Of a stretch of DNA of 64,000 nucleotides, positions 58,022-64,000 are shown in pieces. The stretch is taken from assembly GCA_963662435.1 (NCBI GenBank), contig OY759598.1:2636507-2700506 (forward strand), given 5' to 3'. The stretch comes from Dehalococcoidia bacterium. GTDB lineage: Bacteria; Chloroflexota; Dehalococcoidia; Lucifugimonadales; VXLM01. A program made the translations under genes and the position numbers. Each line of letters starts with the position of its first letter. Within the stretch, counting starts at the first letter, position 1. The notes under the pieces were generated by a model. That model saw only the letters and a list, made by a program, of their open reading frames with translations, did not search any database and was not told the DNA's origin.

Positions 58022-59611
58022 ATGGTGTATAGGACGGTCATCTGTGTCTTGTTTGTGGGGGTTGTGGGAGTGGGGCTGGGTTGCGGCGAGGTTGCGCGAC
58101 AAGACGAGCAGACCACACGGATTGTCGAAACACCTGTTGCGTCTACTGAAGGAACAGATGCGCAGGCTGATAGTCCAGCATCACTTGTCGGTGAGCCCGC
58201 TCTGGCCCTACCACCAACGGGAGGGTCGGCACCTTCGGCGGCTATGGTTGCTAGACCACCTTCTCCTTTCTTCGGCGACACTTCTGTCGAAGAAAAGATA
58301 TTCTCTCACCCCATAGTCATCAGGGCGACGATGATCTCGTTCTCATCAGATATTATGCTCTATCCTGATAACACGTTCCGTCCAGTGTTGAAGTTCAGCC
58401 TCAGCGTCAGTGAGTACCTAAAAGGTGCTGGTCCGTCCAATATCGTGGCGGTGTGGTTTTACGGCAGGTCCTACAACACCCGCGAGGAGGCCGACGATGA
58501 AAAGATGGTCATCCTTGCGGAGCGAGACGGTCAATGGGACGACAGGCAAGCGATCTTTTTCCTGGTTGATGGGGCCAGTGGATTGGGTCCCTTGCTTGTC
58601 ACACAGCCACAGTTGGCAAGTCAGTATATTCTGGGATTGGGGGATCGGTCTTCACCCGACGACCGTTACAGCCTGCACAGTAAGACAGATAAGAATTGGC
58701 TGCCCGCCTCGAGTTCGACTGGCGACAGCCAAGAATTCCTACTAGACCTGCCAGTTCTGCAGGGTTCGGCCACTCCCACGATCACTCTCGGCTACCTAAA
58801 GAACCGGATCACGGAGATCACCAATGAGATCAACGGCGGCGATGGATCGGAGGCGTATAAAGAGTGCGTTAGGGCGAAGTACAGACATCTACGCAATACC
58901 CGCAACTTCCCGGAGGTACGAGGCGGAGCCTACACTGTCTGGAATATTGCCCCGAGTCTCGTCTCCGGCCAGCCCGCACACACCGTGCTCGATCAAAGAG
59001 AAGCCTACGGAGGTTATCCCGATACTAAGATAACACTCAGGCTTGAGGGCAGTGACTCAGCTCTGTTCGAAATTGAGGACAGTGCTTCAACGCCTGTTGA
59101 CAGGGATAAAGACGGGACGAACGACGCGATCAAATACGATCAACTGGTCAATCTTGTGCGTCCGATTCCCAAAGGCGAGTACAAATTCGACCTGAAAGAA
59201 TTCTGGCCGTCCTACATGCCCTGCAATTATGTCATCAGCAATGAATGGACGGTCACTGTGACCGCCCCAGAGGGCACGCTCCACGAGCTATTCTTCGACC
59301 CGGTGAATCAGAGCGGCGCAGTCAAAGCTGACGACACGAACGGCGTATTGAAGCCAGAGGCGTTCACAGACTCCAACGGCGGGTCTGTAACGATTGAGAG
59401 TATTTCATATGAAGCGAGCACGGTGAAGGTGGAGGTCACTCCCGACGGCGCGCTTGCGGGTCATATCGTGGACTTCATCGAGTTGGACGGGACGGTGTTG
59501 CTGTCGTTGGACGTTGCGGATGCGACGGGGGACCCTTCGACAGGCTCTGGGCAGGCAGGGACGTTGAGTTGGAGTGTGTCGACCCAGCCGTGGAGGACGG
59601 GGACATGTTGA
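58022..59611 (+). CDS. putative lipoprotein, paralogue 2; 1-nt deletion near the 3' end (homologous stop at 59637)
   Basis: Signal peptide with GLGC; colinear with paralogue 1; CCGTGGAGG here versus CCGTGGGAGG in copy 1. Confidence 0.8.
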   Translation: MVYRTVICVLFVGVVGVGLGCGEVARQDEQTTRIVETPVASTEGTDAQADSPASLVGEPALALPPTGGSAPSAAMVARPPSPFFGDTSVEEKIFSHPIVIRATMISFSSDIMLYPDNTFRPVLKFSLSVSEYLKGAGPSNIVAVWFYGRSYNTREEADDEKMVILAERDGQWDDRQAIFFLVDGASGLGPLLVTQPQLASQYILGLGDRSSPDDRYSLHSKTDKNWLPASSSTGDSQEFLLDLPVLQGSATPTITLGYLKNRITEITNEINGGDGSEAYKECVRAKYRHLRNTRNFPEVRGGAYTVWNIAPSLVSGQPAHTVLDQREAYGGYPDTKITLRLEGSDSALFEIEDSASTPVDRDKDGTNDAIKYDQLVNLVRPIPKGEYKFDLKEFWPSYMPCNYVISNEWTVTVTAPEGTLHELFFDPVNQSGAVKADDTNGVLKPEAFTDSNGGSVTIESISYEASTVKVEVTPDGALAGHIVDFIELDGTVLLSLDVADATGDPSTGSGQAGTLSWSVSTQPWRTGTC

Positions 59612-59737
59612 TGGTGCGGATACGGGAGGCGCGGTAGGGGTTGTTACCCTCAACCTAGCCCTCTCCCACGACGGGAGAGGGGATAAGCACCTCTCTATTC
59701 GACTGTCATGTTCAATTGGGAACGGCACTGGCACCCT

Positions 59738-61063
59738 CTACGGGACGGCGATGTCGTAGGTGCCGGGCTGTAGGCGGAACATGGGGTTGTCGGCGGGGTT
59801 CTTGCCGCCGTAGAACCAGTTGAGGGGGAGGACCTTCATTTTCTGGTTCCAGTCGGAGTTCTTGCCGCCGTCGGAGATGATCGTGGCATCGGTGGGGTGC
59901 GGCTTGTAGAAGGTGTAGGTGTGGGCGATGATGACACGGTCCTTCATGACGAAGACGGAGGGGTAGGACCACCGGGAGTGGGCGTCGGCGCTCTCGATGT
60001 ACTCGGCCTCACGCTCTGGGGCGGGACGGCCGGGGCGGTAGTGCTGCTCGGCGGGACGGAGGGGGGCTATCGGGCCGGGCTCGACGCGGGTCTTTTCGTG
60101 GATGGACTCGACGTTCTGGAAAAACTCCCAGATGCTCCCGCCGTTCCGGCTGATTGCAGAGGAGAGTCGCGTCCGGTTATAACCCATCTTGACCTCCGTC
60201 TCGTTTTCCTGGTTCCAGACGGCGAGGAGGTGGCCGGTGGGGAGTGTCCGAATCTGGCATGGGGCCGTGCTGGAGGCGAGCGAAGTCGGGTACGGGCGCG
60301 TCCACGTATCGCCGTTGTCGTGGGACCACGCCTGGTAGATGCGGCCCACGCCGGTGCGCATCATCATGAGGAGGATGCCGGGCATGACCTCGGTAACGGT
60401 CGGCTCATTGACGTAGGAGTACGTGGCGTTCCAGTCGAAGATGATGTTGAGCTCGCCGTCGCTGTTGCGCTGCCAGGTGCGGCCGTCGTCGTCGGAGTAG
60501 AGCACGTAGGTCATCGAGAACCCTGGATCGAAGAAGTGTCCGGCGGTGGAGACCCACTGGTTGTGGACGAGCTTGCCGGAGGCTGGGGACTCCATGTTGT
60601 TGGGGGGAGTGCGCTGTCCCAGTGACGTGTAGACGGGAAGGACGATGCGTCCAGACGACGTGCGGAGGGCGACGTCCTGGTACATGTGGGTCTTGATGCC
60701 GACTGGAGAGACCCGGACGGGGGCCTCCCAAGTCTCACCGCCGTCGGGCGAGCGCCAGAAAACGACGCAGCGGGTCCACGGGTCGTCATCGTCGTCCGTC
60801 GGGGACATGGCGGCGAGGCCTATGCCGTTGCCGTCGAGCTTCACCAGCGATGAGCCGCCTCCGCCAACGCGCTGACCGTTGACGTCGTGTCGCTCGGAGA
60901 TGTTGGACCAGGTGAGACCGCCGTCATCGGATGTGATGAAGCGGGAACCGGCGGCGTGGAGTATTCGTCCGTCGTCCAGCTCGACGAAGGTGGAGGAGTG
61001 GAAAAAGGGAGTCTTGTGTGTTGCCAGGACGAGGTCCGGCAGGGTCATTGGGACGTTGCTCAT
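59738..61063 (-). CDS. Asp-box/sialidase-fold protein
   Basis: SDDGGLTW, SPDGGETW, SDDDGRTW, SHDNGDTW, SYP. Confidence 0.87.
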   Translation of the reverse strand: MSNVPMTLPDLVLATHKTPFFHSSTFVELDDGRILHAAGSRFITSDDGGLTWSNISERHDVNGQRVGGGGSSLVKLDGNGIGLAAMSPTDDDDDPWTRCVVFWRSPDGGETWEAPVRVSPVGIKTHMYQDVALRTSSGRIVLPVYTSLGQRTPPNNMESPASGKLVHNQWVSTAGHFFDPGFSMTYVLYSDDDGRTWQRNSDGELNIIFDWNATYSYVNEPTVTEVMPGILLMMMRTGVGRIYQAWSHDNGDTWTRPYPTSLASSTAPCQIRTLPTGHLLAVWNQENETEVKMGYNRTRLSSAISRNGGSIWEFFQNVESIHEKTRVEPGPIAPLRPAEQHYRPGRPAPEREAEYIESADAHSRWSYPSVFVMKDRVIIAHTYTFYKPHPTDATIISDGGKNSDWNQKMKVLPLNWFYGGKNPADNPMFRLQPGTYDIAVP

Positions 61064-61488
61064 GGTGTGAATCCTTTGTCCTTGGGTGAACGGGTTGGCG
61101 CTGTCCACATCGCTTCACTGGGGTCTGACGGGGGTAGTTGTTCACCCTCACCCCAGCCCTCTCCCCCGACGGGAGAGGGGGTATGATGAGACTGTTGGTG
61201 GCTATGCGGGGCACCCTCTGTGTATCTCTCCCACGACGGGAGAGGGTTTATCGTGGGCTGATTTGTTCGATGAATCTCTGACACAGGACTATAGAGCGTT
61301 CTTACGTTGTACTCACTCTTGGCCACGATGTAAGCGTGACATTGACTATCCGGTCTTGCAGTGATGGATTTTAGATTCCTCGCTGCGCTCGGAATGACAG
61401 GGAAACGGGGCTGGATCATAGCTACAAATCCGTTTTATCTACCCCAGTCAGTCCCCGGCGGGGAGAGACGATAGGTTGCTGGGACGGT

Positions 61489-62340
61489 CTAGTCGCCGTT
61501 AGATGCCCGAAGGATTCCGATACCTATCGCGCCGGGGCCAACGTGCGCGCCGATGCCGGGGCCGAAAGGAGCGACGAATGGCCTAGTATCTTCCGGGAGT
61601 ACGTCGCGCATGGACTCGGCGAACCTGCGGGCCATGTCCTCGTCGGTGCTGTACATAACGCCAAGGGCCTCGGCGGGCCCGAAGTCGCGGACTGTTCGTT
61701 CGATTTGCGCAAGGCCCTTGGCGTAGGTGCGGGCCTTGCCGAGCGGCTGGACTTCGCCGTCGCGGACGATGATCATTGGCTTGACGCGCAGGATGGAGCC
61801 GACAAGCGCCTGCGCCTTGCCGATACGCCCGCCGCGCTGGAGGTATTCCAGCGTGTCGATAAGGGCGAGGCACATGCCGCGCTCCGTTACCGATGTGGCG
61901 ACGTTCGCGACGGTTTCAAGATCGGCTCCCTGGTTGGCCGACTTGGCGGCCGCGACCGCGCCCAGACCCAAACCCATCGAGGCCTGTTCAGAGTCGATGA
62001 CCCGGATCGGGCAGTCGAGGTTGACTTGCTCGGCGGCTTGAACGGCTGCGTTGTAGGTGGCGCTCAGCTTGGCGGAAACGTGGACCGACACGATGCCGTC
62101 CGCGTCACTGCCCACAGACTCATAGGCCTCGACGAACTGGCCGATGGACGGCGCGGAGGTAGTGGGATGCACGGGGCTGTCCACGAGGCGCTGATAGAAC
62201 TGCGCGGGGGTCATTTCGACACGATCCTTAAACTGCTCCTGCCCGAAGATGACGTTGGCGGGCACCATGGTAATGCCAAGCGAGTCGGCGATATCGTCGG
62301 GAAGGTCCGAGGTGCTGTCTGTGATGATCTTGATCGGCAT
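61489..62340 (-). CDS. DegV family fatty acid-binding protein (FakB-like)
   Basis: ITDSTSDL, PTTSAPS, SAKLSAT, GGRIG, HVGPG. Confidence 0.93.
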   Translation of the reverse strand: MPIKIITDSTSDLPDDIADSLGITMVPANVIFGQEQFKDRVEMTPAQFYQRLVDSPVHPTTSAPSIGQFVEAYESVGSDADGIVSVHVSAKLSATYNAAVQAAEQVNLDCPIRVIDSEQASMGLGLGAVAAAKSANQGADLETVANVATSVTERGMCLALIDTLEYLQRGGRIGKAQALVGSILRVKPMIIVRDGEVQPLGKARTYAKGLAQIERTVRDFGPAEALGVMYSTDEDMARRFAESMRDVLPEDTRPFVAPFGPGIGAHVGPGAIGIGILRASNGD

Positions 62341-62369
62341 GATGGCTTTCTCCTTGTGATTGGGCCGCG

Positions 62370-64000
62370 TTACTCGATGGAGACGATGAATTCGTAGTGT
62401 GGCTGGCCACCGTGATGAACATCCACTTGGAGGCCATCATACACTGCTTTCAGGGACTGGGAGGCGGAAGCGGCGTCATCGGACGACAGCATGTCGCCCC
62501 AGTAGAGAGTTACGAGACCTTCCGGCGGGACTTCGGCCCTACCGATGAGATCGACGAGAACCGGGTTGAGGTCGTCGCCCGCGGTGCGGGGCTTACCATC
62601 GAGCAGTGCGAGGAATTGTCCCTCGCGCACGTCGACGCCCTCGATTGTCGCGTCCCTGGCAGCCCTTGTGATCTCTCCCGATTTCACTCCTTGTCTAGCG
62701 CCTTCCATTCCTTCGACGTTCTCTTCGGCCTCGGCTTCGGGGTTGAAGTCGATCAGGGCAGCGATTCCCTGGGGAATGGAGACGGTCTCGATGACGTGAA
62801 CGTCCTTGCTAGACTGCTCGGCGGCCTGTTTGGCCGCGGGTACGATGTTCTTGTTGTTGGGCAGGACGTAGACAGTGTCCGCGGATGTGCGGTCTATGGT
62901 TTCCAACAGGTCTCGAACGCTGGGGTTCATGGTGTTGCCGCCGGTGACCAGATGGGTCGCCCCTACGGAGCGAAGAACGTTTTCGATCCCTGGGCCCCAC
63001 GCGACGGCAACCACAGCCACACCGCCAGGCAACTCCGGTTCTGCTTCCTCAGAGTGACGTTGGGCAGCGAATTCCGCGCGCTGCGCGTCCATGTTCTCGA
63101 TCTTGACCTTGCTGAGAGCGCCGATGCTGATGCCCGTGCTGATGAGTTTGCCGGGGTCTTCTGCGTGGCCGTGGACCATTGCCATTGAGCCGTCGCCGAT
63201 CACGACGGTGGAGCCGGCGATGTCGTTCATCACGACGCGAAGGTCGTCGACATCCAGCCCTTCCGCCTCGACGACGAACTGGGTGCAGTAGCCGTACTCG
63301 TCTTCCGCGTGGGCCTCAAAGAAGTCGTCGGATACGCGTGCGGACGCCGACGGGGCAACGTCGGGTACCTGAATATCGAAGGCGGCCTCTGTCACGTCTT
63401 CACCGGCCGCGCTGCGCCTCATGCCCTCGATGATTACGGCGAGTCCCTGCCCTCCGGCGTCGACGACGCCCGCCTCCCGCAGGACCGGGAGCATTTCGGT
63501 TGTCCTGACGACGGTCTCGGCGGCACGGTCGCTCGCGCCACGCAAAGTGGTCTCTATATCGTGCCCTGCGCCCGCCGCCTCGCGGGTGGCATCGGCGACC
63601 GAGGCTATGACAGTAAGCATCGTCCCTTCGACGGGGTTGCCCACGGACTTGTAGGCGTGCTCTCTTGCCAGGTCGCAGGCACGAGCGAGGTCGTCTCCCC
63701 CACAATCTGTCCTGCCATCGAGTCCCTCGGATAAGCCCTTGAAGAACTGCGAGAGGATTACGCCGCTGTTGCCCCTGGCGCCCAAGAACGTGCCGGAGTA
63801 GAAGGCGGAAGCAACGTCGGATACGGTGGGATCGGCCAGCTTCTTCAGATTCTCGATACCACTCTGCATGGTGAGGTACATGTTTGTACCCGTGTCGCCA
63901 TCGGGCACGGGGAAAACGTTGAGCGCGTTGATCGGTTCGATGTTGCGCTGGAGTGCGGCGGCTGCGGCAGTGAACATGGCGACGAGACCGGCTCCGTCAA
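62370..64000 (-). CDS. DAK2 domain fatty acid kinase subunit FakA; 5' end beyond the window
   Basis: INALNVFPVPDGDTGTNM, GARGNSG, EGTMLTV, YGYCT, TMNPS, GGQPHY; frame stays open to the window edge. Confidence 0.93.
   Translation of the reverse strand, partial: DGAGLVAMFTAAAAALQRNIEPINALNVFPVPDGDTGTNMYLTMQSGIENLKKLADPTVSDVASAFYSGTFLGARGNSGVILSQFFKGLSEGLDGRTDCGGDDLARACDLAREHAYKSVGNPVEGTMLTVIASVADATREAAGAGHDIETTLRGASDRAAETVVRTTEMLPVLREAGVVDAGGQGLAVIIEGMRRSAAGEDVTEAAFDIQVPDVAPSASARVSDDFFEAHAEDEYGYCTQFVVEAEGLDVDDLRVVMNDIAGSTVVIGDGSMAMVHGHAEDPGKLISTGISIGALSKVKIENMDAQRAEFAAQRHSEEAEPELPGGVAVVAVAWGPGIENVLRSVGATHLVTGGNTMNPSVRDLLETIDRTSADTVYVLPNNKNIVPAAKQAAEQSSKDVHVIETVSIPQGIAALIDFNPEAEAEENVEGMEGARQGVKSGEITRAARDATIEGVDVREGQFLALLDGKPRTAGDDLNPVLVDLIGRAEVPPEGLVTLYWGDMLSSDDAASASQSLKAVYDGLQVDVHHGGQPHYEFIVSIE

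Noticed and set aside
56348..59637. Diversity-generating retroelement TR/VR pair
   Set aside because: No reverse transcriptase in the window, both copies are coding, and the differences are not confined to adenines.

Overview
GC-rich bacterial chromosomal segment. Gene content (comEA/comEC, degV/fakA, many Asp-box proteins, amidohydrolases, hydantoinase, phytanoyl-CoA dioxygenase, Uma2, DUF4143 ATPase) and the repeat-laden intergenic DNA suggest Chloroflexota, possibly Dehalococcoidia/SAR202-like; this is inference only. The core part holds competence genes, a panG-panB-panC-surE cluster, rimI, trpB, tatA, tRNA-Gly(TCC), lhgO, alaX, a betaine-type ABC transporter and a hydantoinase/D-aminoacylase/D-aminopeptidase cluster. 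Four accessory structures stand out. (1) A three-level nested insertion: a REP hairpin is split by a MITE-like element with a 10-bp target duplication, and that element is split by a complete IS1595 element (32-bp perfect TIRs, 8-bp TSD). The IS carries a methyltransferase-Mrr fusion frameshifted at a G13 tract and an unannotated AT-hook-like microprotein. (2) Two tandem cassette-like lipoprotein paralogues are bounded by a 17-bp motif present three times, and have divergent middles and a conserved C-terminus. (3) An orphan phage terminase large subunit sits behind a promoter-leader-terminator, next to a type II R-M pair. (4) At least five REP-like palindrome families occur, some packaged in MITE shells, one amplified as a VNTR and one present in-frame in coding sequence. 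All calls come from motif recognition by eye; no searches were run.
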